Assembly (NCBI GenBank): GCA_963827555.1
Contig: CAWHBL010000008.1
Coordinates: 69,135-133,134, forward strand
Direction of reading: 5' to 3'
DNA from: an uncultured beta proteobacterium
GTDB taxonomy: Bacteria > Pseudomonadota > Gammaproteobacteria > Burkholderiales > SG8-39
Length of the DNA: 64,000 bases
Below the pieces are notes generated by a model, which ran no database searches, had not been told where the DNA came from, and saw only the letters and a list, made by a program, of their open reading frames with translations. Shown here piece after piece: positions 9,998 to 25,431 of this stretch. Made by a program: the position numbers and the translations under genes. Positions within the stretch are counted from its first letter, which is position 1; every line of letters starts with the position of its first letter.

Positions 9998-10441
9998 ATG
10001 CTCCGGCTGCTCCTCGTCCTCGCCGCCGCGCCGGCGTTCGCCGCCGAGCCGTTCGCCTACGCCGGCATCGGGCTCGACGCAACGGCGGGGAACCTGCGGC
10101 CGAAGTTTCCCAACTCCAAGGTGACCGGCGACTACGTGTACGTCGCCGACAAGGACAGCCGCGACCACGTCTACGGCGTTCAGCTGCCGGGGGCGAAGAA
10201 GCCGCGCAGCGTCCGGGTGAGCTTCGAGCGGCCGGGCGGCCCGCGGCCGGGCTATCCCAAGTGCAAGGTGGTCGAGGCGCGGCTGCGGGCGGGCTTCGGC
10301 GCGCCGCACGAGATCCGCAAGCTCGCCGCGGAGCGCGCCGACCGGATCTGGAAGGGCGCGGGCGAGACGATGACGCTCGTCTGCTTCGCCGGCCCGGGCG
10401 GCGAGCTCCTCGCGGAGGCGGTTGTCATCGCCGAGCGATGA
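9998..10441 (+). CDS. Hypothetical secreted protein (147 aa)
   Basis: Signal peptide MLRLLLVLAAAPAFAAEP. GC3-biased codons. No family recognised. Confidence 0.5.
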   Translation: MLRLLLVLAAAPAFAAEPFAYAGIGLDATAGNLRPKFPNSKVTGDYVYVADKDSRDHVYGVQLPGAKKPRSVRVSFERPGGPRPGYPKCKVVEARLRAGFGAPHEIRKLAAERADRIWKGAGETMTLVCFAGPGGELLAEAVVIAER

Positions 10442-10459
10442 TCGCGCGTTAACGGCGCC

Positions 10460-10723
10460 ATGCCCCGCGACGAGCTCGAGATCTGGTGCCCGAAGTGCCG
10501 CTGGCGGCCGGCGCCGGAGGACCGCTGGGCGTGCGAGCCGAAGTGCGGGACGGTCTGGAACACGTTCTGGACGCGCGGGCTCTGCCCGGGGTGCCGGAAG
10601 GTCTGGTCGGTGACCCAGTGCCTCGCGTGCAAGCAGTTTTCGCCGCACCGGCAGTGGTACCACCCGCCGAGCCGCGAGCAGGCGGCGCGGCGGCGCAAGC
10701 GCGTGGCCGATACCGTCGCCTGA
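10460..10723 (+). CDS. Small Cys/Trp-rich protein (87 aa) with four CxxC-type pairs, probably a double zinc ribbon, and a basic tail
   Basis: WCPKCRW, WACEPKCGTVW, LCPGCRKVW, QCLACKQF, then RRRKR. Nearly every codon ends in G or C, which supports real coding. Confidence 0.55.
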   Translation: MPRDELEIWCPKCRWRPAPEDRWACEPKCGTVWNTFWTRGLCPGCRKVWSVTQCLACKQFSPHRQWYHPPSREQAARRRKRVADTVA

Positions 10724-10750
10724 CGCGCTCCGGCCGCGTAGGCCCCGGCG

Positions 10751-12805
10751 CTACTCCTCTTCCTGCTGCCCCCGCGACGCGCGGTACTCGTTCGCGAGCT
10801 GCGCCTGCACGTTCGGCGGCACCGGCTCGTAGTGCGAGAGCTCCATCGAGTACGAGCCCTGGCCGCCGGTGACCGATTTCAGGCGGTTCGCGTAGCCGTT
10901 CAGCTCGGAGAGCGGCACCAGCCCCTGCACCGTCACCACGCCCGGTGAAAGCGAGTTGGTGCCGGTGATCTGCCCGCGCTTGCCGGAGATGTCGCCGGTG
11001 ATGTCGCCCATGTTGCCCTCGGGGCAGATGATCTCGACGTTCACGATCGGCTCGAGCACGATCGGCCGCGCCTTCTCGAGCGCGTCGAGGAACGCCTTGC
11101 GGCCGGCCGAGACGAACGCCACCTCCTTCGAGTCGACCGCGTGGTGCTTGCCGTCGTACACGGTGACCCGCAGGTCCTGCATCGGGTAGCCCGCGACCGC
11201 GCCGGAGGCGAGCACCTGCTGCACGCCTTTCTCCACCGCCGGGATGAACTGGTTCGGGATCACGCCGCCCTTCACCGCGTCGACGAACTCGAAGCCGTCG
11301 CCGCGCGCGAGCGGCTCGACGCGGAGGTACACCTCGCCGAACTGGCCGGCGCCACCGGTCTGCTTCTTGTGCCGGGCGTGGCCTTCCGCCTTCGCCGTGA
11401 TCGTCTCGCGGAACGGGATGCGCGGCGGGCGGGTGTTCAGCTCGACCTTGAACTGCGTGTTCATGCGCTCGAGCACCGAGCGCACGTGCAGGTCGCCCAG
11501 ACCCCGGATCACCGTCTCGTGCGTGGTCGCGTCGTGATCGACGCGGAACGTCGGGTCCTCCGCGGCGATCTTGTGCATCGCCTCCGAGATCCGCTGCTCG
11601 TCGCCGCGCTTCTTCGGCTCGATCGCGAGCCCGTACATCGGGGTCGGGAACTCGAGCGGGCGCATGTGGAGGTGGTCCTCGTCGTGCGAGTCGTGCAGCA
11701 CGCAGTCGAACTCGATCTCGTCGATCTTCGCCACCGCGGCGATGTCGCCCGGCACCGCTTCCGGCGTCTCGACGTGATCCTTGCCCTGGAGGAGGAACAG
11801 GTGCCCGACCTTGAAGGGCTTCCGCTCCTCGCCGATGTAGAGCTGGGTGTCCTTGGTGACCGTGCCCTGGTGGACGCGGAAGATCCCGAGCTTCCCGACG
11901 TACGGATCGTTGACCACCTTGAACACGTGCGCGAGGACGTGCTTCCTGGGATCCGGCGCCGAGCGGAACTCCTCGGCCTTCTCGCCCTCGCCCTTGTAGA
12001 AGAGCGGCGGGTTGCCCTCGCTCGGGTTCGGCAGCAGCTTGACGAACACGTCGAGCAGCTCCTTCACGCCGGCGCCGTTGCGCGCCGAGACGAAGCACAC
12101 CGGGACGAGATGGCCTTCGCGCAGCGCCTTCTCGAACGGCGCGTGCAGCTGCTCGGGCTCGACCTCGCCCTTGTCGAGGTAGATCGCCATCAGCTCCTCG
12201 TCGACCTCGACGACCTGGTCGACGAGCGCGCGGTGCGCCTGCTCGACCGAGGAGAAATCCGACTCGCCCGACGGGTTGAAGAAGCAGTCGACGACCCGCT
12301 TCCCGCCGTCCGCCGGCAGGTTGATCGGCAGGCACTCCTTGCCGAAGGCCTCCTGCAGGTTGGCGAGCACCTGCGGCAGGTTCACGTTCTCGGCGTCGAT
12401 CTTGTTGACGATCAGGATGCGGCAGAGCTTGCGCTTCGCCGCCCAGTTCATCATCCGGTTGGCGATCATCTCGACGCCGGTCTGGGCGTTGATCACCACC
12501 GCGGCGGTCTCGACCGCGTCGAGCGCGCCGATCGCCTGGCCGATGAAGTCGGGGTAGCCGGGCGTGTCGAGGAGATGGGTGCGGGTGCCGCCGTAGTCGA
12601 GGTGGACGACCGCCGAACGCAGGCTGTGGAGGTACTGCTTCTCGATCGGATCGAAGTCGCAGACGGTGGACCCGCGCTCGACCGAGCCGACCGCCTGGAT
12701 CATGCCGGCGGTTTTCAGCAGCGCCTCGGTTAGTGTGGTCTTGCCCGACGCGCCGTGACCCACGAGCGCGACGGTGCGAAGGGCCTCCGTGCTGAACTTC
12801 GGCAT
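10751..12805 (-). CDS. Elongation factor G-like translational GTPase (EF-G paralogue, stand-alone)
   Basis: RBS GGAGGAA, ATG at 12803-12805. G1 GHGASGKTTLTEAL, G3 DTPGYPDF, G4 NKID. Full domain II-V body with GGAGQFGEVYLRVEP and YSMELSHYEPVP. Not in a str-operon context. Confidence 0.9.
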   Translation of the reverse strand: MPKFSTEALRTVALVGHGASGKTTLTEALLKTAGMIQAVGSVERGSTVCDFDPIEKQYLHSLRSAVVHLDYGGTRTHLLDTPGYPDFIGQAIGALDAVETAAVVINAQTGVEMIANRMMNWAAKRKLCRILIVNKIDAENVNLPQVLANLQEAFGKECLPINLPADGGKRVVDCFFNPSGESDFSSVEQAHRALVDQVVEVDEELMAIYLDKGEVEPEQLHAPFEKALREGHLVPVCFVSARNGAGVKELLDVFVKLLPNPSEGNPPLFYKGEGEKAEEFRSAPDPRKHVLAHVFKVVNDPYVGKLGIFRVHQGTVTKDTQLYIGEERKPFKVGHLFLLQGKDHVETPEAVPGDIAAVAKIDEIEFDCVLHDSHDEDHLHMRPLEFPTPMYGLAIEPKKRGDEQRISEAMHKIAAEDPTFRVDHDATTHETVIRGLGDLHVRSVLERMNTQFKVELNTRPPRIPFRETITAKAEGHARHKKQTGGAGQFGEVYLRVEPLARGDGFEFVDAVKGGVIPNQFIPAVEKGVQQVLASGAVAGYPMQDLRVTVYDGKHHAVDSKEVAFVSAGRKAFLDALEKARPIVLEPIVNVEIICPEGNMGDITGDISGKRGQITGTNSLSPGVVTVQGLVPLSELNGYANRLKSVTGGQGSYSMELSHYEPVPPNVQAQLANEYRASRGQQEEE

Positions 12806-13094
12806 GGTTCCTCCTTTTACGGTCGGTGACTTGCGTGCGCACGCTCCCGGGACCGGGGCGGGCAATCTTCGGCGATCGGCACTCGGACGAATCTTATGCC
12901 AAGCGCGCCGCGGCGTGTCCAGCGGACGGCGCGGCCCTCGCGCCGGCGCGCCGCGGCCCGGCCGGCCACTTGACGATCTTTGCGGGTCGAGCGAATAATC
13001 CCCCGCCTCTCGAGCGAGCACGCCGGCCTTTCCGCTCGGCGCCGGTGCCGAGATTTCCCAAAGGCGTGATCGACCCCGGATTACTCACCTTCGA

Positions 13095-13643
13095 GTGCCG
13101 CTTGGGCAGGGCCGGGGGCCGGCCGTGAAGCGGAAGCGACGCGTGGACGCGACTCTCATCATCCTGTTGGTGCTGGTCGTGGTCGCCCTGGTCGTGGCGT
13201 TCCTGCGGGACGCCGCGCTCCCGATGCGCGGGCTCGAGGCGAGCGGTCGCCTGTTCCGCGGCGTATGGGTCGAGCTGGCGCTCGGCTTCATCCTCGCCGG
13301 CCTGATCGAGGTCCTGATCCCGCAAGCGCTCCTCACGCGCTGGCTCGGCGGCGAGCGGCTGGGTCAGGGGATTCTCGTCGGCTGGGCCGCCGGCCTGGTG
13401 CTGCCCGGCGGGCCGTACGTGTTCTTTCCCGTCGTCGCCAACCTGTTCCGCAACGGCGCGGAGCCCGGCCCGCTGATCGCGCTCCTGACCGCGAAGACGC
13501 TGGTGAGCCCGATCCGCACGCTGACCTACGAGGCGCCGCTCCTCGGCTGGCCGCTGACGCTCGCCCGGTTCATCCCGGCCGTGCTGCTGCCGCCGGTGCT
13601 CGGGCTCCTCGGTCAGTGGCTGTTCGGCCTCTTCAAGCGTTGA
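13095..13643 (+). CDS. Integral membrane protein, putative permease (function tentative)
   Basis: 182-aa hydrophobic ORF with about 5 TM segments. GTG start at 13095, or the in-frame GTG at 13125. Weak resemblance to UPF0718/ArsP-type permeases only. Confidence 0.5.
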   Translation: MPLGQGRGPAVKRKRRVDATLIILLVLVVVALVVAFLRDAALPMRGLEASGRLFRGVWVELALGFILAGLIEVLIPQALLTRWLGGERLGQGILVGWAAGLVLPGGPYVFFPVVANLFRNGAEPGPLIALLTAKTLVSPIRTLTYEAPLLGWPLTLARFIPAVLLPPVLGLLGQWLFGLFKR

Positions 13644-13649
13644 CAGGAG

Positions 13650-13671
13650 GAAGGGGGACACATCCCCCTTC
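13650..13671. terminator. Bidirectional stem-loop between convergent genes
   Basis: GAAGGGGGA-CACA-TCCCCCTTC, a perfect 9-bp stem, lies between the permease stop (13643) and the tartrate dehydrogenase stop (13697). A second, weaker hairpin GCAGTC-GCA-GACTGC follows. Confidence 0.5.
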
Positions 13672-13696
13672 GACCCCCTAGAGCAGTCGCAGACTG

Positions 13697-14764
13697 CTAG
13701 AGGCTCTCGGCGATCGCCTTCCCGAGATCGGCCGTGCCCGCCTTTCCGCCGACGTCCGGCGTGCGCGGCGCGCCGGATCCGGGCGCGAGCGTCTTCTCGA
13801 TCGCCCGCATGATCGCGTCGTGCGCGTCCCGGTGGCCGAGGAAGTCGAGCATCATCGCTCCCGACCAGATCTGCGCGATCGGATTCGCGATGCGCTTCCC
13901 CGCGATGTCCGGCGCCGAGCCGTGCACCGGTTCGAAGAGCGACGGGAACTCGCGCTCGGGGTTCATGTTGGCCGACGGCGCGATGCCGATCGTGCCGGCG
14001 GTGGCCGGGCCGAGGTCGGAGAGGATGTCGCCGAACAGGTTGGAAGCGACGATCACGTCGAAGCGCTGCGGGTTCAGCACCATCTGGATCGTCAGGCCGT
14101 CGATGTGATACTGGCTCGTCTGCACCTGGGGATACCGCTTCGCCATCGCCGCGAACCGCTCGTCCCAGTAGGGCATGGTGATCGAGATGCCGTTCGATTT
14201 CGTCGCCGAGGTCACGTGCCGGCGCGGCCGCTGGAGGGCGAGCTCGAACGCGAACTTCATGATGCGGTCGACCCCCTTGCGGGTGAAGGTCGACGTCTGC
14301 ACCACCGTCTCGCGGTCGGTGCCTTCGAACATCCGGCCGCCGACCGACGAGTACTCGCCCTCGGTGTTCTCGCGGACGACGTAGTAGTCGATGTCGCCCG
14401 GGGAGCGGTCGGCGAGGGGCGAGCGGATCCCGGGCACGAGCCGCACCGGTCGCAGGTTCACGTACTGGTCGAACTCGCGCCGGAACTTGATCAGCGAGTC
14501 CCACAGCGACACGTGGTCGGGCGCGATCGCGGGCCAGCCGGTCGCGCCGAAGAAGATCGCGTCCTGGCCGCCGATCCGGTCCTTCCAGTCGGGCGGCATC
14601 CAATAGCCGTGCCGCGGATAGTTCTCGCAGCTCCAGTCGAAATGGTCGAGCACGAGCTCGAAGCCGAACTTGCGCGCGGCCGCGTCGAGCACGCGCAAGC
14701 CCTCCGGCATGACTTCCCTGCCGATCCCGTCGCCCGGGATCACGGCGATGCGGTGCGTTGCCAT
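13697..14764 (-). CDS. Tartrate dehydrogenase/decarboxylase (D-malate dehydrogenase, isopropylmalate dehydrogenase family)
   Basis: MATHRIAVIPGDGIGREV, FDWSCENY..HGYWMP, VRENTEGEYS, NPEREFPSLFEPVHGSAPDIAGKRIANPIA. Close to my memory of Pseudomonas tartrate dehydrogenase. Confidence 0.88.
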   Translation of the reverse strand: MATHRIAVIPGDGIGREVMPEGLRVLDAAARKFGFELVLDHFDWSCENYPRHGYWMPPDWKDRIGGQDAIFFGATGWPAIAPDHVSLWDSLIKFRREFDQYVNLRPVRLVPGIRSPLADRSPGDIDYYVVRENTEGEYSSVGGRMFEGTDRETVVQTSTFTRKGVDRIMKFAFELALQRPRRHVTSATKSNGISITMPYWDERFAAMAKRYPQVQTSQYHIDGLTIQMVLNPQRFDVIVASNLFGDILSDLGPATAGTIGIAPSANMNPEREFPSLFEPVHGSAPDIAGKRIANPIAQIWSGAMMLDFLGHRDAHDAIMRAIEKTLAPGSGAPRTPDVGGKAGTADLGKAIAESL

Positions 14765-14916
14765 GTCTGGTCCTTCGCGAAGAAAGCGGTGAGCTCGGCG
14801 GGATCAGGCGCCCGTGGAACGTCGCGGCGATTGTACGCGCAGGCGCTACGCGGGACGGCGGTGCCCCTGAAGCACGTGCCGGCGCCCGCGGCGCCCGTCT
14901 ACCTCTACGCCCGAGT

Positions 14917-16407
<1,491 letters not shown>

Positions 16408-16497
16408 GGCGGCGACGATTATGAACGCCATGACGCCCGGGGAGAGGTTTCGCGGCAGCCTGCTAGAATCGCCGCACCGCAACATCACTCACTTCCC

Positions 16498-17063
16498 ATG
16501 CCACTGACGCCGCCGTCGATCTCCCGCACGCTCGCGCACACGCGCCGGGTCCGCTTCGAGGCTTACAAGCGGGACGACGGCTTGTGGGATCTCGAAGCCC
16601 ATCTCACCGACATCAAGCCGTTCGACTACCGCCTGTCGAGCGGGGTCCGCGCGGCCGGCCAGCCGGTGCACGACATGTGGATCAGGCTGACGGTGGACCG
16701 GCGGCTAGCGGTAGTCGACGCGCTCGTCCTGACCGAGGCGATGCCGTACCCCGGCGCGTGCCAGGCGATCACACCCGACTACGGGCGCCAGCTCGTCGGC
16801 CTCAACCTCGGGCGCGGCTTCCGGAAGGCGGTGCAGGAACGCTTCGCGAACGTCGCCGGCTGCACGCATCTGAACGAGGTGCTCGTCCAGTTCCCGACCG
16901 CGGCGATCCAGGCGCTGGCCGGCGAGCGGGTCGACAACGAGGACGACGGCGCGAAGCCGTTCCAGCTCGATCACTGCCACGCGCTGGACACGCGGGGCGA
17001 GACGGTGCGGCGCTACTATCCACGCTGGCATCGGCGCCAACCGGTTCGCTCCGGAGAAACGCA

Positions 17064-17067
<4 letters not shown>
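16498..17067 (+). CDS. Conserved hypothetical protein (DUF2889-like, tentative), translationally coupled to sucC
   Basis: [41 protein letters not shown]...GCTHLNE. Its stop forms an ATGA overlap with the sucC start at 17064-17067. Confidence 0.6.
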
Positions 17068-18230
<1,163 letters not shown>

Positions 18231-18241
18231 CGGGGACCGGC

Positions 18242-19123
18242 ATGTCGATTCTGATCAATCGCAACACCAGGGTCGTTACCCAGGGCATCACCGGGAAGAC
18301 CGGCCAGTTCCACACCCGGATGTCCCGCGACTACGCGAACGGCAAGAGCTGCTACGTCGCCGGCGTGAACCCGAAGAAGGCGGGCGAGGACTTCGAGGGC
18401 ATCCCGATCTTCGCCAGCGTGGCGGAGGCGAAGGCGAAGACCGGCGTCAACACCTCGGTGATCTACGTGCCGCCGCCGGGCGCGGCCGCGGCGATCTGGG
18501 AGGCGGTGGAGGCCGACCTCGATCTCGTCATCTGCATCACCGAGGGCATCCCGGTGCGCGACATGATCGAGGTGCGCGACCGGATGCGCAAAGGCGGCCG
18601 GCGGACGCTGCTGGTCGGGCCGAACTGTCCGGGCGTGATCACGCCGGACGAGATCAAGATCGGGATCATGCCGGGCCACATCCACAAGAAGGGACGCATC
18701 GGCGTCGTCTCGCGCTCGGGCACGCTGACCTACGAGGCGGTGGGCCAGCTGAGCGCGCTCGGCCTCGGACAGTCGAGCGCGGTCGGGATCGGCGGCGACC
18801 CGGTGAACGGCATGAAGCACGTCGACGTCCTGCAGCGCTTCAACGACGACCCCGAGACCGACGCGGTGATCATGATCGGCGAGATCGGCGGGTCGGACGA
18901 GGAGGACGCGGCGCGCTGGGTGAAGGCCAACATGAAGAAGCCGGTGGTCGGCTTCATCGCCGGCGTGACCGCGCCGCCGGGCAAGCGCATGGGCCACGCG
19001 GGCGCAATCATCTCGGGCGGGAAGGGCACCGCGCAGGAGAAGCTGGAAGTCATGGAAGCATGCGGGATCAAGGTGACCCGCAATCCCGCCGAGATGGGCA
19101 AGCTGCTCAGGTCGGTCCTGTAA
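18242..19123 (+). CDS. sucD: Succinyl-CoA ligase alpha subunit
   Basis: [64 protein letters not shown]. Confidence 0.96.
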   Translation: MSILINRNTRVVTQGITGKTGQFHTRMSRDYANGKSCYVAGVNPKKAGEDFEGIPIFASVAEAKAKTGVNTSVIYVPPPGAAAAIWEAVEADLDLVICITEGIPVRDMIEVRDRMRKGGRRTLLVGPNCPGVITPDEIKIGIMPGHIHKKGRIGVVSRSGTLTYEAVGQLSALGLGQSSAVGIGGDPVNGMKHVDVLQRFNDDPETDAVIMIGEIGGSDEEDAARWVKANMKKPVVGFIAGVTAPPGKRMGHAGAIISGGKGTAQEKLEVMEACGIKVTRNPAEMGKLLRSVL

Positions 19124-19128
19124 GCGCA

Positions 19129-19795
19129 GTGACGGCGCGCATCGCGCTCATCCACGCCGTCCGGGTCGCGATGGACCCGATCGCCGCGGCGTTCCGGCAC
19201 GGCTGGCCCGAAGCCGAGACGGTCAATCTCCTCGACGACGGCCTGAGCCGGGACCTCGAGCGCAGCGGCACGCTCGAAGGACCGATGACCGAGCGGATCG
19301 GCGCGCTCGCGGGCTACGCGGCGGGCCTCGGCGCCGACGGCATCCTCTACACGTGCTCGGCGTTCGGCGCGGCGATCGACAGGGCGCGGGCGGCGAGCCG
19401 CATTCCCGTGCTGAAGCCCAATGAAGCGATGCTCGAGGCTGCCCTCGACGCGGGCCGCCGCATCGCGCTCGTCGCCACCTTCGCGCCGACGATCCCGTCG
19501 ATGACCGGCGAGCTGGAGGCGCTCGCGCGCAGCCGCGCGGTCGCGGCGGCTATCACGCCGCTCTTCGTGCCCGGGGCGATGAAGGCGCTCGACGCCGGCG
19601 ACGGCGCCGAGCACGATCGCCTGATCGCCGAAGCGGTGCGGCCGCTCGCGGGGCACGACGCCGTCTTGCTCGCCCAGTTCTCGATGGCGCGCGCGGCGGC
19701 CGGCGGTCGAAGGGGCGATCGGCGGCAAAGTCCTCACCAGCCCCGCAACCGCGGTTGCGAAGCTGCGGCGTCTGGTGGAGGCTCGCGCGTCATGA
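19129..19795 (+). CDS. Asp/Glu/hydantoin racemase family protein, one frame change as read
   Basis: GTG at 19129. IALIHAV...ILYTCSAFG...RIALVATFAPT...VLLAQFSMA. The frame changes near 19700-19705. The true C-terminus AVEGAIGGKVLTSPATAVAKLRRLVEARAS ends in TGA at 19793-19795 and overlaps the next ATG as ATGA. Confidence 0.65.
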
Positions 19796-20668
19796 ACCGC
19801 CGCCGCTTCCTCGCCGCCGGTCCGGCGCTCGCGCTCGCGGCGTGCGCAGGGCAGGGCATTGCGCCGGCCCGCACCGCCGGCACCGCCGAGGTGAACGGCA
19901 CGCGGCTTTACTACGAGGTCGCGGGCAGCGGCGAGCCGGTGGTGCTCGTCCACGCGTTCACGCTCGACACCCGGATGTGGGACGACCAGTTCGAGGTGCT
20001 CGCGCGCGACTTCCGGGTGATCCGCTACGACGCGCGCGGGTTCGGGAAGTCGCCGCCGCCGAAACCGGGCGAGCCGTACTCGAACGCCGACGACCTCGCC
20101 GCGCTGCTCGACCGCCTCGACGCGCGCAAGGCGCACGTCGTCGGTCTGTCGATGGGCGGCAGGTTCGCGCTCGATTACGCGGTCACCTATCCCGACGGCC
20201 TGCGCTCGCTGGTGGTCATCGACGGCGTGATCGGCGGCTGGCAGTGGTCGCGGGAGTGGATCGGCGCCTACGCGCCGATCGTCGATGCCGGGCGCAAGCG
20301 CGACGTGGCGCAGGCGAAGTCGCTGTGGCTGGGGCATCCGCTCTTCGCGCCCGCGCGCGCGAAGCCGGAGGTCGGCGCACGGCTGAAACAGATGGTCGAC
20401 GACTACTCGGGCTGGCACTTCGTCAACCAGAACCCCGAGAAGGCGGTCGTCCCCGCCCGCGGTGGGGCGGCTGGGCGCGATCCGCGCGCCGACGCTCGTG
20501 CTCGTCGGCGAGCGCGATCTCCCCGACTTCCAGCGCATGTCCGAGCGGCTGGAGCGGGACATCCCCGGCGCACGCCGCGCGACGATCGCCGGCGCCGGGC
20601 ACATGGCGAACATGGAAGCGCCGGAACCGGTCAACAAGGCGCTCGGCGGCTTCCTCAACCGCGGCTGA
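19792..20668 (+). CDS. Alpha/beta-fold hydrolase with a lipoprotein/Tat-like leader, one frame change as read
   Basis: MNRRRFLAAGPALALAACAG, VVLVHAFTLD, GLSMGG (nucleophile elbow). The frame changes in a C run near 20451-20460 into VGRLGAIRAPTLVLVGERD...AGHMANME. Confidence 0.72.
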
Positions 20669-20699
20669 TTCCGCGCCGCAACGTCCGCCCGATCGACGC

Positions 20700-20713
20700 T
20701 TGACGAGGGTCAA
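20700..20713. promoter_or_regulatory. Crp/Fnr-type palindrome TTGAC-GAGG-GTCAA upstream of the formate dehydrogenase genes
   Basis: Perfect inverted half-sites with a 4-nt spacer, 53 nt upstream of the first possible fds start (TTG at 20766). Same half-sites as the box at 34420. Confidence 0.45.
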
Positions 20714-20765
20714 TGTCGCCGTGGCAAGCGCGCGTGATACGCTAGACCGTTCAATGATCTAGCGC

Positions 20766-22558
<1,793 letters not shown>

Positions 22559-22573
22559 CGGAACGGGCATGAA

Positions 22574-25382
22574 ATGACGGCGATCACCAAGGAAGAAGTC
22601 GCGGCGCTGCCGGTCGAGTTCAAGCTGAACGGCCGCACGGTCGTCGGCCGCGCGGACGAGCCGATCATCGAGACCGCGCGCAAGAACGGCATCGTCATCC
22701 CGCATCTCTGCTACGGCGGCCGGATCCGATCCGACGGCAACTGCCGCGCGTGCATGGTCGAGATCAAGGGCGAGCGCGTCCTCGCCCCGTCCTGCTGCCG
22801 CTTCCCCAAGGACGGGATGGAGGTCTCGACCGAGAGCGAGCGCGCGCTGAAGTCGCAGAAGATGGTGCTCGAGCTGCTGCTCTCCGACATGCCGGAGAAG
22901 CGCTATACCAAGCGCAACAAGGTGGATTCCTGGGCGCGGCGCCTCGGCGTCGGACTGCCGCGGTTCCCGGCCCGCCAGCAGCCGCGCGCCGACCTCTCGC
23001 ACCCCGCAATCGCGGTCAACCTCGACGCCTGCATCCAGTGCACGCGCTGCGTGCGCGCCTGCCGCGAGGAGCAGGTGAACGACGTGATCGGCTACGCGTT
23101 CCGCGGCGACCACTCGAAGATCGTGTTCGATCTCGACGATCCGATGGGCGCCTCGACCTGCGTCGCCTGCGGCGAGTGCGTGCAGGTGTGCCCGACCGGT
23201 GCGCTCATGCCGGCGCGCGAGGTGGGGCTGGTCGAAGTGGACAGGAAAGTCGACTCGGTCTGCCCGTACTGCGGCGTCGGGTGCCTGCTGACCTATCACA
23301 TCAAGGACAACCGGATCCTCCACGTCGAGGGCGCCAACGGCCCCGCGAACGGCGGGCGGCTGTGCGTGAAGGGCCGCTACGGCTTCGACTACGTCAATCA
23401 CCGGCAGCGGCTGACGAAGCCGCTCGTGCGCAAACGGGGCGTACCGAAAACAAAGGATTTCGTCGTCGATCCCGACCGCTGGCAGGAGGCGTTCCGCGAG
23501 GCGACCTGGGAAGAGGCGCTCGACCTGGCGGCGAACGGCCTCAAGACGATCCGCGACCGGGACGGTTCCCGAGCGCTCGCCGGCTTCGGCTCGGCGAAGG
23601 GCACGAACGAGGAGGCCTATCTCTTCCAGAAGCTGGTCCGCACCGGCTTCCGCACGAACAACGTCGACCACTGCACGCGGCTCTGCCACGCGTCGAGCGT
23701 CGCGGCGCTGATGGAGGGCATCAATTCGGGCGCCGTCTCCAACCAGGTGCGCGACGTGGCGAAAGCCGAGGTCATTTTCGTCATCGGGGCGAACCCGACC
23801 GGCAACCACCCGGTCGCCGCGACCTGGATGAAGAACGCCGCGAAGCGCGGCGTGAAGCTGATCGTCGCCGACCCGCGCCGAACCGACCTCGCGCGGCACG
23901 CGACCCATGTCCTGCAGTTCAACCCCGACACCGACGTCGCGCTGCTCAACGCGATGCTGTACACGATCGTCGAGGAGGGGCTGGTCAACGAGGCGTTCGT
24001 GCGCGATCGCACGGCGAACTTCGAAGCCCTGCGCGAGAACGTCAAGAAGTACGCGCCCGAGACGATGGCGCCGATCTGCGGCATCCCGGCCGAGAAGATC
24101 CGCGAAGTCGCGCGGCTCTACGCGACGTCGAAGGGTTCGATGATCCTCTGGGGCATGGGAATCTCGCAGCACATCCACGGCACCGACAACGCGCGCTGCC
24201 TGATCGCGCTCACGCTCGTCACCGGCCAGATCGGCCGTCCCGGCAGCGGACTCCACCCGCTGCGCGGCCAGAACAACGTGCAGGGAGCCTCCGACTCCGG
24301 CCTCATCCCGATGGTGTATCCGGACTACCAGCGCGTGGACAACCCCGAGGCGAAGCAGCGCTTCGAGCGGCTCTGGGGCCAGGAGCTCGACCCGAAGCCG
24401 GGGCTCACCGTGGTCGAGATCATGAACGCGGCGAAGAAGGGCGAGATCCGCGGCATGTACGTGATGGGCGAGAACCCGGCGATGTCCGACCCGGACGTCG
24501 ACCACGCGCGCGAAGCGCTCGCGGCTGCTCGAGCACCTCGTCGTGCAGGACATCTTCCTCACCGAGACGGCCTATCTCGCCGACGTCGTGCTGCCCGCGA
24601 CGGCCTGGCCGGAGAAGGTCGGAACGGTGACCAACACCGACCGCATGGTGCAGCTCGGGCGCAAGGCGGTCGAGCCGCCGGGCGACGCCCGCGAGGACCT
24701 GTGGATCATCCAGGAGCTCGCGCGCCGGATGGGGCTCCGCTGGGAGTATGCGCATCCGCGCGACGTCTTCAACGAGATGCGCAAGGGGATGGACTCGATC
24801 GCCGGCATCACCTACGAGCGCCTCGAGCGCGATTCGTCAGTGACCTATCCGTGCGAGAACGAGGGCGATCCCGGGCAGCCGGTGGTGTTCACCGAGCACT
24901 TCCCGACCGCGACCGGGCGCGGCAAGTTCGTCCCGGCGGACATCATCTCCGCCGCCGAGCGCCCCGACGACGAATACCCGCTGGTGCTGATCACCGGCCG
25001 GCAGCTCGAGCACTGGCACACCGGCGCGATCACGCGCCGCGCCGGCGTGCTCGACGCGATCGAGCCTGAGCCGGTCGCGAGCATCCATCCGCTCGACCTC
25101 GAGCGCCTGCGGGTCAAACCCGGGGAGATCGTCACCGTCGAATCGCGGCGCGGCGCGATCTCGCTCTATGCGCGCGTCGACGAGGGCACGCCGCAAGGGG
25201 CGGTGTTCATCCCGTTCTGCTACTACGAGGCTGCCGCCAACAAGCTCACCAACCCGGTGCTCGACCCGTTCGGGAAGATTCCGGAGTTCAAGTACTGCGC
25301 GGTGCGCGTGCGGCGCGGCGGCGAGCTACCGCGGCAGCTGACCTACGGCGGCGGGCAGGCGCCGCTGCCCTCGGCGGCGTAA
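22574..25382 (+). CDS. fdsA: NAD-dependent formate dehydrogenase catalytic (molybdopterin) alpha subunit, Cys-type, one frame change as read
   Basis: N-terminal ferredoxin clusters (CRACMVEI, CIQCTRCVRAC, CVACGECVQVCP, CPYCGVGC). Mo-bisPGD body with HCTRLCHASSV, where TGC at 23684-23686 sits at the Sec/Cys position. The frame changes near 24515-24525 between DVDHAREALA and LEHLVVQDIFLTETA. Confidence 0.9.
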
Positions 25383-25431
25383 CGGTCGCGCTGCGAGCGC
25401 GGCAGCAACGGGTTCGTGGTCAAATCGGCGC

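Noticed and set aside
23684-23686. Selenocysteine recoding in the formate dehydrogenase
   Set aside because: The active-site position is a TGC Cys codon. There is no in-frame TGA or SECIS-like hairpin, so this is a Cys-type enzyme.
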